Part shown: positions 54,824-64,000 of the stretch, in pieces
How the letters are laid out: each line of letters opens with the position of its first letter
Position numbering within the stretch: position 1 is the stretch's first letter
Assembly (NCBI GenBank): GCA_947649355.1
Contig: CANSRG010000001.1
Coordinates: 3,554 to 67,553, forward strand
Reading direction: 5' to 3'
DNA: 64,000 bases
Origin: an uncultured Mycoplasmatota bacterium
GTDB lineage: Bacteria; Bacillota_I; Bacilli_A; RF39; UBA660
Made by a program: the position numbers and the translations under genes
Notes under the pieces: generated by a model
What the model was told of the DNA's origin: nothing
What the model saw: only the letters and a program-made list of their open reading frames with translations
Databases searched by the model: none

Positions 54824-56642
54824 TCTTTCTTTTCCTCTTTTCTAAAATATATTTTTCTACCTCTTCTGGTGATAAAAGAACGTATTCATGTGATACATTT
54901 TCAAAATTTAGTAAATCATTCTCTGGAAAATCTCCCTTTAAAATTGTCATTGTAGCGTTTACATTCTTTAAATTTCCATGGATATAAGGAGCAGATTTTC
55001 CATCAGTTGTTTTTGATACATTTGGGTGTTTTAATATATCATACTTTAAATCCATAATAGGTCTTTCACCACGAATAAACAGTATTGCGTATTTATTATC
55101 AAGCATTCGTACCTCATCTTGAGTCATTAGTTCTCTTCCGCTTAATTGATAATTAGTGGTATAACTTCCATTTCTTCCTTTACTTTTTCCGTAAGTATCT
55201 AAATCAATTGTTTCTTTACCAAGTAACTCAGAAATATATTTATGGGTACTTTGTTCATTTCCACCTAAATATAAAAATTCATCACAATTGCCAATAATAG
55301 ATTCCCATTGTTTTTCAAAAAGTGCTTTAAGCTGTGCTAAATTTTGCAATATAATGGAAACTGAAACTTCTCTTGATCTCATAACGCTTAAAATCTTATC
55401 AAAATCATCTGGGAGACAGACATTTGCGAATTCATCCATTACAAAGTGAACATGCACTGGTAAACTGCCATTATATTTATGATCAGCCAAAAAAAACAAT
55501 TGCTGGAACAATTGTGTATACAAAATACTTACAAGAAAATTAAAACTTGTATCATTATCAGGAATTAAGGCAAACAAGACAACCTTCTTTTCTCCCAAAG
55601 AAGGTAAATCTAATTCATCTAGCATTGTTAAAGATGCCAAACTTTCCAAATTAAACTTTTCTAGTCTTGAAGCAAGTGTAATTTGAATAGACTTTAATGT
55701 TTTTGCAGAACCGCTTCTATAATCTCTATAATATTTAACAGCAATATGATCTGGATTTTTTGTTTCCAAATTATCAAATAGTACATCTAAAGGACTTATA
55801 TATTCATCATCATCTTCACGCACATCACCAGCTCTCAGCATCTCAAGAACCATAGAAAAATTTTGTTCATCTTCAGGTGCTTCATATTTTAAATAGAAAA
55901 CCAGGGCAAGAAGAAGCATACTTGCCGCTGTATCCCAAAATGGATCACTACTAGAAGAGCCTTTGGGGGTAGTTGCCTTAAATAAATTAGTTACTAGTTT
56001 TTGAACATCATTGTCATTTTCTAAATACACAAACGGATTATAGCAGTGACTTTTTTCCATATTTATTAAATCAAGTACTTTTACCTCATAACCAGAGTTT
56101 TCTAACAAATTTCCTAAATCTCTTACTATCTCTCCTTTAGGATCTAACACAACAAAACTCGAGTTACATTGCATAATGTTCGGTTTACAATAGAATCTTG
56201 TTTTCCCTGCCCCGCTTCCACCACATACTAAGACATTTAAATTTCTTCTATGCTTTTTCCCATTTAATCCAATTTTTACATTTTTTGTTAGAATTTTATT
56301 ATTAGAACGTGGTTTTTGATAATATCTTTTATTTATTTGTTTTGCTAATCCCCAACGAGCTGAGCCATGTTCTTCACGACGACGATAGTTTTTTTTATTG
56401 GTAGCATAAAAAACAACTCCCATAGAATAGCATATCAAAAGGCTTATCATAGTTTTTAAACTATTATTACACCATGAAATATGAAACGGGTCACTAATAG
56501 AATTTTCTAATCCAGCTATAACTGAAAAAATTCCTTCATGAACAAACGGAGCAATTAAAAGAGACAGCCATACTGTTAAAACAACTCCTATTATAAAAAA
56601 GTAAATATATAGATTATGATTTTGATTCATCTTTAGAATCAA
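54807..56642 (-). CDS. VirD4/TraG-type type IV coupling protein
   Basis: N-terminal TM helices. Walker A VLVCGGSGAGKT, Walker B FVMDEF. 611 aa. Confidence 0.85.
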   Translation of the reverse strand: MILKMNQNHNLYIYFFIIGVVLTVWLSLLIAPFVHEGIFSVIAGLENSISDPFHISWCNNSLKTMISLLICYSMGVVFYATNKKNYRRREEHGSARWGLAKQINKRYYQKPRSNNKILTKNVKIGLNGKKHRRNLNVLVCGGSGAGKTRFYCKPNIMQCNSSFVVLDPKGEIVRDLGNLLENSGYEVKVLDLINMEKSHCYNPFVYLENDNDVQKLVTNLFKATTPKGSSSSDPFWDTAASMLLLALVFYLKYEAPEDEQNFSMVLEMLRAGDVREDDDEYISPLDVLFDNLETKNPDHIAVKYYRDYRSGSAKTLKSIQITLASRLEKFNLESLASLTMLDELDLPSLGEKKVVLFALIPDNDTSFNFLVSILYTQLFQQLFFLADHKYNGSLPVHVHFVMDEFANVCLPDDFDKILSVMRSREVSVSIILQNLAQLKALFEKQWESIIGNCDEFLYLGGNEQSTHKYISELLGKETIDLDTYGKSKGRNGSYTTNYQLSGRELMTQDEVRMLDNKYAILFIRGERPIMDLKYDILKHPNVSKTTDGKSAPYIHGNLKNVNATMTILKGDFPENDLLNFENVSHEYVLLSPEEVEKYILEKRKRKNEKKL

Positions 56643-56821
56643 ACCTCAAGACAACTATTTGCTTTAATAATAGCTATAATAACATATACGTAAGGAAACA
56701 AAAACATTTTTTTTAATCTTACCATTATTACTATCACCTCTCTTTTTCTTTTACTTTTTCATAATACAGATAATCTCCAATTTTTTCGTTTATGCTTTCC
56801 ATGACTTTCCAAGCCAGTTGA

Positions 56822-57553
56822 TTATAGTCTTTGCGAGATTCTGTCACCATTTTTATTTTTTACTATCTTTGGATTCTGTTTTGTAACATCTTTTTTTAAC
56901 TTTTTCCCTTTTTCTTTGATTTCAGCTTTTTCTAATTCTTCTCGAATATTTTTTAAATTTTCTCTCACAGAATTAGTACCCTTTCCTGAAATTTTGGATG
57001 AATTCTCTGACAGAGGGTCTTTTTCCATCATCATCCCATTCGGGTTTATGTCATCACCTTCTTGTTCTGGCTCTCCAGGAGATGAAATATCCTTAACTAA
57101 ATTTTCTAATTCTACAGCTTTGGATTGTTTCTCTGGATTCTCTTTTATCATTTCAAGCTCTGTTTTTACAGAAACATCTTTGAAAGAATTTAATTTAAAT
57201 CTTTCTACTACTCTATTTATTCTAGCTGCATCAGAACATTTTGTTATGATATCTACTTCCCCATCCATTTCATCCTTGTCTACTAAGACAGTATACAAAA
57301 TTCCATAACGCTTTGCTTCTTTTTGAAAAAGATACAATTCTTCTTCTTTTATAGTAAAAATTTTTAATGGCTCTTGTGATCTTAGCATTTTCTTTAATGC
57401 AATTTTTCCTTTAGTTTTTTTAGTATCTTTTGATAAAGCATATAAACTTACAAGAAGATTTTTAGAAAACGTTCCAGTAATTTCTAAAAAAAATTTTGCT
57501 CCATCCAAACTCATCTTCAAAATAATTTCAGCAGCTTCATTTGAGTAATTCAT
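56822..57553 (-). CDS. PcfB-like (DUF3801) conjugation protein
   Basis: Start at MNYSNEAAEII (GAGGAGAAAA RBS). Position between relaxase and coupling protein. Charged C-terminus. Confidence 0.5.
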   Translation of the reverse strand: MNYSNEAAEIILKMSLDGAKFFLEITGTFSKNLLVSLYALSKDTKKTKGKIALKKMLRSQEPLKIFTIKEEELYLFQKEAKRYGILYTVLVDKDEMDGEVDIITKCSDAARINRVVERFKLNSFKDVSVKTELEMIKENPEKQSKAVELENLVKDISSPGEPEQEGDDINPNGMMMEKDPLSENSSKISGKGTNSVRENLKNIREELEKAEIKEKGKKLKKDVTKQNPKIVKNKNGDRISQRL

Positions 57554-58880
57554 TTCTTTTTTTCTCCTCTCTATTTTCAAAATTATCAATATTCTCATGA
57601 ATTACTTGAGATTTACTATCAATATCTTCACATAATTTCACCTCCTTTCGCAAAAATTTGATTTCTATATTCAATGAGGATAACTGTTCTTTTATTTCTT
57701 TTCGTTCTAATTCATTATTTGCTATTTTATGGTGATACCATAACTTCTCACGTTTATCTATTGCACTTTCCAATTCAAGTTCTCTTTGATTTTTATAAAA
57801 TAAAAACAGCTCATAAGTATCTAAATGATTTCTTACAAGCATTTCTGTTTGAGCGGATATTTCATCTAACTTTTTTATATCTACCCTTATTTCTGGAGAT
57901 AATTTTTTTTCAGGATACTGAGTGGGAAAAATTTTTAATAAATAGCAATAATGCAAATATAGTGCTTTCAAGCCATGACTTTTTTGCTTTTTATATGGAA
58001 CATATTTCTTTTTAAAATTGGTATGTCCATATTCCTCTACGAACGGAGTTCTAGGTGCATGTTCTACTTTTATCCTTTTCATAATTTGTTCAATACTATA
58101 GTCCTCACCATAATATCTTTCAATCCGTATATTCTTTTTATAAGGATATCTTTTAACACTTAGTCTTCCAGCACGATAGATTAGTTCGTAGTTCATTGTT
58201 TTCATTAAACACTCAAAATCTTTATAAGAATACGCTTGAGCTATTGCTAAATCAAGATCTCTTTTCGTAGTCGCATAATAATCATTTTTTTCAATGTAAC
58301 TCTTGTAGTAATTTTCGTAGTTTATATTACTATGCTTACATTTTTTTTCTTTTAGCACAGAAAGTCCGAATTCTTCACACAAAGAATCAGAAAGATGCCT
58401 TAGTTTGGCATAATTATTTCTATTGTCATAATATCTTTTTCCATCTTGGAAACTTACAGAGTTAATAACAAAGTGGTTATGGATATGATTTGTATTACAA
58501 TGTGTACTTACCACTACTTCAAAACGATTTCCCCACATTTCTTCAGCTAGCTTCAAACCTATTTTATGAGCAAGCTCAGGTGTAACTTCTTTTTCAGCAA
58601 ATGATTGAAAAGCATGAAATCCCAAAATTCCATTTTCTTTATTTGCATGTTTTTTGGTAATTAGCATTTCTTCATAGGCACTTTCTACACTACAATTGAT
58701 TCCAGAAGTTAGAAAAGGTTTTTCAGTCGTAAAAGAACTATCATTATTTATTTCCAAAGAATGCAAATCTTTATAAATCTCTTTTCCATATTCTTCATTT
58801 AAAGTTTTTTTTAAATTTGTTATATACGCAATAACATGATCTAATCTTTTAGTTATTTTCCATATACCCGTAGTTGCCAT
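57537..58880 (-). CDS. MOBP-type relaxase
   Basis: Start at MATTGIWKI (AAAGGAA RBS). Relaxase motif III HCNTNHIHNHFVIN. Catalytic Tyr region near the N-terminus. Confidence 0.8.
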   Translation of the reverse strand: MATTGIWKITKRLDHVIAYITNLKKTLNEEYGKEIYKDLHSLEINNDSSFTTEKPFLTSGINCSVESAYEEMLITKKHANKENGILGFHAFQSFAEKEVTPELAHKIGLKLAEEMWGNRFEVVVSTHCNTNHIHNHFVINSVSFQDGKRYYDNRNNYAKLRHLSDSLCEEFGLSVLKEKKCKHSNINYENYYKSYIEKNDYYATTKRDLDLAIAQAYSYKDFECLMKTMNYELIYRAGRLSVKRYPYKKNIRIERYYGEDYSIEQIMKRIKVEHAPRTPFVEEYGHTNFKKKYVPYKKQKSHGLKALYLHYCYLLKIFPTQYPEKKLSPEIRVDIKKLDEISAQTEMLVRNHLDTYELFLFYKNQRELELESAIDKREKLWYHHKIANNELERKEIKEQLSSLNIEIKFLRKEVKLCEDIDSKSQVIHENIDNFENREEKKRNELLK

Positions 58881-58902
58881 AGCTTTTTTCCTTTCAAATA
58901 AG

Positions 58903-59157
58903 TTATCTTTCATAAGAATCTTTTTTACAATTTTTTTCAGTAAGATTTGAATTTTTTTCATTCAATTTTAATTTCATATTTTTTTCATAATTGTTTATTT
59001 GCTCTAAACTCAACCACTTTGGCTTTTCCTTAAGTTTATTATATACTTCTCTCATTGCTGAGATTTGGTCATCTACTGTAGAAGCCCATAAAATTTTTTC
59101 CAGACCATTGCCATTGCCTAGAAAAAATTCACAATCTGATTTAAGTCTGTCTAACAT
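58903..59157 (-). CDS. Hypothetical small protein between MobC and relaxase
   Basis: 84 aa ORF. Confidence 0.35.
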   Translation of the reverse strand: MLDRLKSDCEFFLGNGNGLEKILWASTVDDQISAMREVYNKLKEKPKWLSLEQINNYEKNMKLKLNEKNSNLTEKNCKKDSYER

Positions 59158-59241
59158 TTAATATAAAAATTCTAGATTATTGTTATCTTTAAAATATTCT
59201 TTATTCATTTCGCTCTCCTTTCACTATTTTATCCTACTTCT

Positions 59242-59571
59242 TTATTCGTTTTCTTTTGGAAGCAAAAAATTTTTTTTAATCTTTAGCATAAATTTATTCC
59301 AATTTACAGCTTCGCTTTTATAATAAGAAGAATCAATTAAATTTAATGCATTCGCTTTATGAGCAATTTGGTTTAAATTATTTCCAATAGCACTCATCTC
59401 TCGCATAACATCATAAAATTCTTTGTCTGGTTTCTCTTTGGGTTCATATCCTAAAATTAAATTCCTGACTAACTCTGACTCATTCAAGCCAGTCTTCTTT
59501 GATTTCTTTTTTAATAAAGTTGCTTCTGCTTTATTTAACCAAATTTGTTTTTTTATACTACGTGTTCTCAT
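59242..59571 (-). CDS. MobC relaxosome accessory protein
   Basis: Start at MRTRSIKK (AAAGGAA RBS). IGNNLNQIAHKAN is the MobC signature. Confidence 0.7.
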   Translation of the reverse strand: MRTRSIKKQIWLNKAEATLLKKKSKKTGLNESELVRNLILGYEPKEKPDKEFYDVMREMSAIGNNLNQIAHKANALNLIDSSYYKSEAVNWNKFMLKIKKNFLLPKENE

Positions 59572-59733
59572 AATATCATTTCCTTTCATTTTTTAGGGTT
59601 TGGGAGCTATCCCACATATATCGAAAATTACGGGAGTATATTTTCAGTGCTGGCTGGGACAACATCTACATATCTAATAAAATACCAACAAAATTTTATT
59701 AAGTAAAAAAAATTACTTTTCTGAAAAAAAACT

Positions 59734-60252
59734 TTAATAATTAGAAGTATTTTGAACGAAAATATCATCAGTTAAATCATAATTTTTATAATTTTTATTT
59801 TTAGAAAAGATATATTTTTTCATTTCTTCTCTAAATCTTTTATCGTTGTAATCAACATTTTGTACATGAAAATTAACGTTTATTTTTGGAGACAAATTCT
59901 CAATCTTATATTCTTTTTCAAAATCTTCAACGGATTTTAAAGCACTGACTTGTGATTTTGAACTAATTTTGACTAATTTAGTGAATGTCTTTTCTATTAA
60001 AATTTCAAAAACTTTATTACCTTCGTATCCTATAAAACCTGTATCTTTTAATAACTTTTGTATGTCTATATCTAAAGTTTCACATATATTTATCAATATA
60101 ATTAAATTAGGGGACTTTCTTATTCCTCTTTCAATCCTTGATATTTCCACACTGCTTATACCTATTAAAAACGCTAAATCACATTGTGACATTCCTTTAG
60201 ATAATCTAATTTTCTTTATTATTTTTCCTAACTTAATTGAATCATTTTTCAT
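59734..60252 (-). CDS. HTH XRE-family transcriptional regulator
   Basis: LSKGMSQCDLAFLIGISSVEISRIERG HTH motif. Confidence 0.6.
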   Translation of the reverse strand: MKNDSIKLGKIIKKIRLSKGMSQCDLAFLIGISSVEISRIERGIRKSPNLIILINICETLDIDIQKLLKDTGFIGYEGNKVFEILIEKTFTKLVKISSKSQVSALKSVEDFEKEYKIENLSPKINVNFHVQNVDYNDKRFREEMKKYIFSKNKNYKNYDLTDDIFVQNTSNY

Positions 60253-60255
60253 TTT

Positions 60256-61197
60256 TTATCTTTCCTCTCTTTCATATTTCATATTTTTGATTCCTAATTT
60301 TATACATAAAAAATCATTGACATCTTTCCCCATAGAAGGAGAACTATCAATGATTTCGTATCTACTTGACAATAAATATTTCAACGTTTGTGCTGATTCT
60401 TTACCTGCTATATCATTATCCAAATGCAAATAAATCTTTTTTACATTAGGATGTTGATTTAAATAAAAATTTAAAGCAAGTGGCAATCCCGTATCCTCAA
60501 TATTTTTTGCTGGTCTATAAACTCCTGCAAGTGATAGTAATGATTCATTGTACCATGCTTTATTTTCTAATATCATTAACGTTGCATAGGAAAGTAAATC
60601 TATAGCACTTTCAAATAAATGCACGCTATCATTGTTTTCCATAGACTCTAACTGAAAAGAAAATGCCTTGTGACTTCCAGAAACTTCATGTTTAAAATTA
60701 CTGGCGTTTGTCCCTCTACACATGGCATATCGAGGTTTTTTTAATGGATCATAACCAACAAAAACTACATTTTGATGATTATCTTGATAAATTAAATCTT
60801 TATCAATACATTCTAAAATAAGATTTTCATCAATACCTCTTGATTTTAAATAATATATAACTCTAGAATTGTTAGGTGCTTTAGGTGGAAGTTCAAATTT
60901 CTTTTTACATTTTTGCGAATATTCTTTAATGCTACACTTAACCCCCAAAAGTTTCTCAACAGCATTAGTAAATGTATATTCTTCTACTTTAACTAGATAA
61001 TCTAATGCGGATTTTCCACCAAAACCTCTACTAAACCAGTACCACATCCCATTACTAATTTTTAAACTATCATGAGTTCTAGTAACAAAAGTATTATTAG
61101 AAAAATGCACTAATTCATCTGGATCATTATTTTTTAAATAAGTATATAAATCAATTTCCTTTACTTTTTTTATTATATCTGGTGGATAATATGTCAT
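60256..61197 (-). CDS. TOPRIM-domain protein (primase-like)
   Basis: LFESAIDLLS..HLDNDIAGKES is a TOPRIM acidic signature. Confidence 0.5.
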   Translation of the reverse strand: MTYYPPDIIKKVKEIDLYTYLKNNDPDELVHFSNNTFVTRTHDSLKISNGMWYWFSRGFGGKSALDYLVKVEEYTFTNAVEKLLGVKCSIKEYSQKCKKKFELPPKAPNNSRVIYYLKSRGIDENLILECIDKDLIYQDNHQNVVFVGYDPLKKPRYAMCRGTNASNFKHEVSGSHKAFSFQLESMENNDSVHLFESAIDLLSYATLMILENKAWYNESLLSLAGVYRPAKNIEDTGLPLALNFYLNQHPNVKKIYLHLDNDIAGKESAQTLKYLLSSRYEIIDSSPSMGKDVNDFLCIKLGIKNMKYEREER

Positions 61198-61202
61198 GAG
61201 TA

Positions 61203-61490
61203 TTATCTACTTTCTAAAGACTTTTCCTCATGAATATAATTTATAGAATAATAAACTGATTCTGATCCATCACTTTTCATCCAGTCTCTATATAATTGAT
61301 TTAATGATATTTTATACTTATTTATTTTTTCTAATTGTTTTTGATCAAAAGTATCAATGCAAGCTACTATGGCATTTTTAAAAACTATTTCATATGCACT
61401 ACTAATAATTTTTTCTATACTTTGATTTTTTAATTCTTCAATAAAAATATTGTACTCGTTTAAAAACTTTTTGTAAATCCTTTCTTTCAT
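61203..61490 (-). CDS. Hypothetical protein
   Basis: 95 aa ORF in the leading region. Confidence 0.35.
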   Translation of the reverse strand: MKERIYKKFLNEYNIFIEELKNQSIEKIISSAYEIVFKNAIVACIDTFDQKQLEKINKYKISLNQLYRDWMKSDGSESVYYSINYIHEEKSLESR

Positions 61491-61519
61491 ATTTTCTCCT
61501 TCTAAAAAAAAAAAGAAAC

Positions 61520-61957
61520 CTATAGTTTCTCTAAATCATTTAAACTTTTTAACATTTTCCAACAAAAACTCATTCCCTTAAAAAACAAAATTTTTTCTTG
61601 AAATATCGTTTTGTCCTGATGAATATTTACCAACTTTATGATTTGCTCAATATCTTTGCGACTAAGTTTTCGGATAATTTTGTGTTCAAAAAGATCTCGT
61701 AATGCTGGATAATTATTCTTAATATTTTCTTCTTGAATAAATAAATTATTGTAATTAGAATCCTCATGTTGTAAATTTTCATAAATATCTCCTACATACT
61801 CACCGAAAGAGTCAGACAGATAATCATCAAAATATTGTTTAAGTTCATCCATAATTATATCACACCTTTCAATGAGTAGTATAAAAAAACTAATTTTATA
61901 ATTCAAATGTGCAATCTTAATTTTTATTGGCATATTATATTTTTTTATTATTTTCAA
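61520..61957 (-). CDS. Hypothetical protein
   Basis: 145 aa ORF. Confidence 0.35.
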   Translation of the reverse strand: MKIIKKYNMPIKIKIAHLNYKISFFILLIERCDIIMDELKQYFDDYLSDSFGEYVGDIYENLQHEDSNYNNLFIQEENIKNNYPALRDLFEHKIIRKLSRKDIEQIIKLVNIHQDKTIFQEKILFFKGMSFCWKMLKSLNDLEKL

Positions 61958-62285
61958 AAGCTATTTTTTTTATTTCTTCACGCTTCTGCAAAAGAAGTTC
62001 GTAATAATTTATTTCATCAAAAGTGGATTCGTTTGAACTATTTTTTACCAAAAGATATATTATCTCGGCCGCTTCACTTGGAAAAAAACGGATTTCCACT
62101 TCAATTATCTCTTCATGAAGATTTGGAACACTATATCTTAATAGTTTTTCTTTAAGTTTGATAGCAATATTTTTAACATTTTCTGTTTCCGAATTACTAT
62201 ACGAATCTAATGTTCTGATTAAATTATTAAACTCATGAACACTTGTAGAAACTTTTATAGAAGGTGTTTTTTTAGACATTGACAT
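61935..62285 (-). CDS. Hypothetical protein
   Basis: 116 aa ORF overlapping the SSB start. Confidence 0.35.
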   Translation of the reverse strand: MSMSKKTPSIKVSTSVHEFNNLIRTLDSYSNSETENVKNIAIKLKEKLLRYSVPNLHEEIIEVEIRFFPSEAAEIIYLLVKNSSNESTFDEINYYELLLQKREEIKKIAFENNKKI

Positions 62286-62641
62286 TATCTTTCCTCTCTT
62301 TCATTTTCATTTTTCCTTTGAGTCAAACCGGATGCAACAAAACTTATGGTTTCTGCAATAACTTCAGTAATATGCTTTTTTTCTCCATTTTCTTTTTCAT
62401 AAGTCCGCTCTTGTAGTCTTCCTCGTATACAAACAAGATCACCTGTTTTACAATATTCACCAGCACGCTCAGCAATTCCATTCCATAATACGCAACGAAA
62501 AAAATCTGTTTCGTAAACTCCCTCGGAATTTTTAAAATTTCTTGGTACAGCCAAACTAATAACTGATTTTTTTTTCCCACTTTCAGTTTCAGCAATTTCA
62601 ATTTCTGTAGCTATTCTCCCAACTATTATAACATGATTCAT
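62285..62641 (-). CDS. ssb: Single-stranded DNA-binding protein (short, ICE-type)
   Basis: MNHVIIVGRIATE..TDFFRCVLWNGIAE..GDLVCIRGRLQERTYE is the OB-fold SSB consensus. No acidic tail. Confidence 0.8.
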   Translation of the reverse strand: MNHVIIVGRIATEIEIAETESGKKKSVISLAVPRNFKNSEGVYETDFFRCVLWNGIAERAGEYCKTGDLVCIRGRLQERTYEKENGEKKHITEVIAETISFVASGLTQRKNENEREER

Positions 62642-62871
62642 TTTATTTCCTCCTCTTTATTTCCACTTAGAAAAGCAATTATTTTTTTAGTTTTAATTGC
62701 TTTTTTCAAATCTAAAATTATCATAATTTCTAAACTAGATACTTCTGGAATTTTAACTAAATCTCCAATATCTATTGAAAGAATTTTCTTTTCACTATCA
62801 AATCCACTTTTAAAAAGTTTTTCTAATAGTTTACTAATTTGATTAAAATTATATTTCATTTCACAATTCAC
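62638..62871 (-). CDS. Hypothetical protein
   Basis: 77 aa ORF. Confidence 0.3.
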   Translation of the reverse strand: MNCEMKYNFNQISKLLEKLFKSGFDSEKKILSIDIGDLVKIPEVSSLEIMIILDLKKAIKTKKIIAFLSGNKEEEIK

Positions 62872-62879
62872 TATCCCTT

Positions 62880-63530
62880 CTAAATTTCTTCACAAATAAA
62901 AATTATTTGCTTGTCATAGTTTTTTTTACAAGTAATTAAAGTTAAAGTCCTTTTATCAAAATTACGGATAATACTTGCCTTACCAGTTTTGTCTACTTCA
63001 TATTTATTTACCACTCGATACTTATATTGTATTTTTTTATAAAAAATAAATATTTCATCCTCAATAGAAATTTTGTCTAAATCTTTAAAATAAGAAATAT
63101 AACTTGAACCAGAATGACTTGCTAATATAAAATTAGAATTTGGAATTTCAGGATATTCTGCTTCCTTTAAAATTTCTATTCCATTATTGATGCTATTTAA
63201 ATAACTATCTTTAGGATAAATTCCTTTTTTTAAATTGATTTTTGGAATTTCTATAACAGCAATATAATCTAGAATTTCATTTTGAACATTTGAAGTAACA
63301 TCTGATGAATTTGATTCTAAATTTAAATCTTCACTATTCAAATCATCATTTTGATTGTTCATAAATTCTTCTACTTTTCTATCCTCTTGAATAAGATAAT
63401 TCATTTTTAGAATTTTGGGAATCACTATAATACTTACACCTATTGTAAGAAAAAATGAACCAATAATATAACGGCTCATCTTGTTCAAACAATTATTTTT
63501 TATTTTTACCATATAAAATAACACCTCCAC
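62880..63530 (-). CDS. Sortase
   Basis: N-terminal TM. Catalytic His (ILASHSG) and TLITC cysteine motif. Confidence 0.7.
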   Translation of the reverse strand: MEVLFYMVKIKNNCLNKMSRYIIGSFFLTIGVSIIVIPKILKMNYLIQEDRKVEEFMNNQNDDLNSEDLNLESNSSDVTSNVQNEILDYIAVIEIPKINLKKGIYPKDSYLNSINNGIEILKEAEYPEIPNSNFILASHSGSSYISYFKDLDKISIEDEIFIFYKKIQYKYRVVNKYEVDKTGKASIIRNFDKRTLTLITCKKNYDKQIIFICEEI

Positions 63531-64000
63531 TTATAATCAATAAAATTCCAATAATTAAGAATATATTACTATCATTTTTTTCAGTATCTGGAACTTCAAT
63601 TTTAACTTTTTCATTATACATTGTTGCTTTAACTATCTTTCCATCTTCAAGAATTTCAAAGTACATTTTTTCATCATTCAAAATATAATCTGGAGAAGCA
63701 GTTTCTTTTTCAACAATATAATATTTTCCATAAATCAATTCAGGAATTACAATCATTCCTTTTTCATCAGTTCTTCCAGAAAATATAATTTCATCTTTAG
63801 AATTATAAATTTCAATTAGTGTATAAGGAATTGGTTCATGTGTAGAGAAATCTAATTTAGTAAATTCTAATGTTCCAGTAACCGGTTTATTTTTCATTTC
63901 TGCTTTGATGATTTCTCCATTTTCTAATATTTCAAAAAATATTTTTTCTTTCGTAATTACAAAACCTGTAGCACTTTCTTTTTCTATAATATAAAATTTT
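63493..64000 (-). CDS. Sortase-substrate-like surface protein with repeated beta domains (C-terminal part; ORF continues beyond the window)
   Basis: The frame stays open to the window edge. The domain repeats (..FEILENGEIIKAEM / ..YFEILEDGKIVKATM). C-terminal hydrophobic segment plus KNKK tail after VPDTEK. Confidence 0.55.
   Translation of the reverse strand, partial: KFYIIEKESATGFVITKEKIFFEILENGEIIKAEMKNKPVTGTLEFTKLDFSTHEPIPYTLIEIYNSKDEIIFSGRTDEKGMIVIPELIYGKYYIVEKETASPDYILNDEKMYFEILEDGKIVKATMYNEKVKIEVPDTEKNDSNIFLIIGILLIISGGVILYGKNKK

Larger units (their letters stand above)
35796..64000. mobile_element. Integrative conjugative element (Tn916/Tn1549-CTn-like); continues past the window end
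   Basis: Tyr integrase plus Xis at one end. MOBP relaxase, MobC, VirD4, VirB4, PrgI, VirB6-like, CHAP hydrolase, PcfB, TOPRIM, SSB, sortase. About 24% GC versus about 38% for the prophage. Confidence 0.75.

Noticed and set aside
57674-58163. Plus-strand ORFs (113 and 62 aa) inside the relaxase gene
   Set aside because: Antisense to the relaxase coding region, AT-rich frame artefacts.
1-64000. CRISPR arrays
   Set aside because: No regularly spaced direct repeats of 25-40 bp with unique spacers are present. The tandem repeats seen are 8-11 bp and promoter- or ori-like.

Overview
This window is almost entirely mobile DNA from a low-GC Firmicutes (Clostridia-like) genome. Nearly every gene lies on the minus strand. 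There is no CRISPR array, no rRNA gene and no intact tRNA gene.

(1) Prophage, about 1 to 35,700. This is a siphovirus-type temperate prophage in HK97-like order, read right to left. It starts with a large serine recombinase, then an ArpU-like regulator, SNF2 helicase, C5-cytosine methyltransferase, a Sipho_Gp157-like protein, a low-GC lipoprotein/membrane moron pair, a CHC2 primase-helicase, a candidate origin, a VRR-NUC nuclease, a second ArpU-like regulator, an amidoligase plus gamma-glutamyl cyclotransferase pair, an HNH endonuclease and a ParB-DNA methyltransferase fusion. The late module follows: small and large terminase, portal, prohead protease, HK97 capsid, connectors, major tail protein, tail chaperone with a programmed -1 frameshift site, tape measure, Dit, Tal, a fibre protein, three tandem tail-collar paralogs, two holin-like proteins and an amidase/LysM endolysin.

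(2) Junction, about 35,650 to 35,800. It holds a 48-nt 3' fragment of a tRNA-Phe(GAA) that looks like an att-site remnant, next to a strong terminator hairpin.

(3) Conjugative element, about 35,800 to beyond 64,000. This is a very AT-rich Tn916/Tn1549-CTn-like ICE. It carries a tyrosine integrase and excisionase, a MazF/EndoA-like toxin locus, a sigma-like regulator and a cargo block (acyltransferase, secreted matrixin-like protease, two secreted unknowns, a membrane-anchored XRE regulator). Further on are two paralogous tandem-HTH regulators, a CHAP hydrolase, VirB4, PrgI/VirB3, four unknown genes inserted inside the type IV secretion operon, VirB6-like, a Maff2-like protein, the VirD4 coupling protein, PcfB/DUF3801, a MOBP relaxase, MobC, a TOPRIM protein, SSB, a sortase and a repetitive surface protein that runs off the window.

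All protein calls rest on motif and architecture recognition by eye. No BLAST, HMM or folding search was run, so family names are hypotheses. Their strength is reflected in the confidence values.
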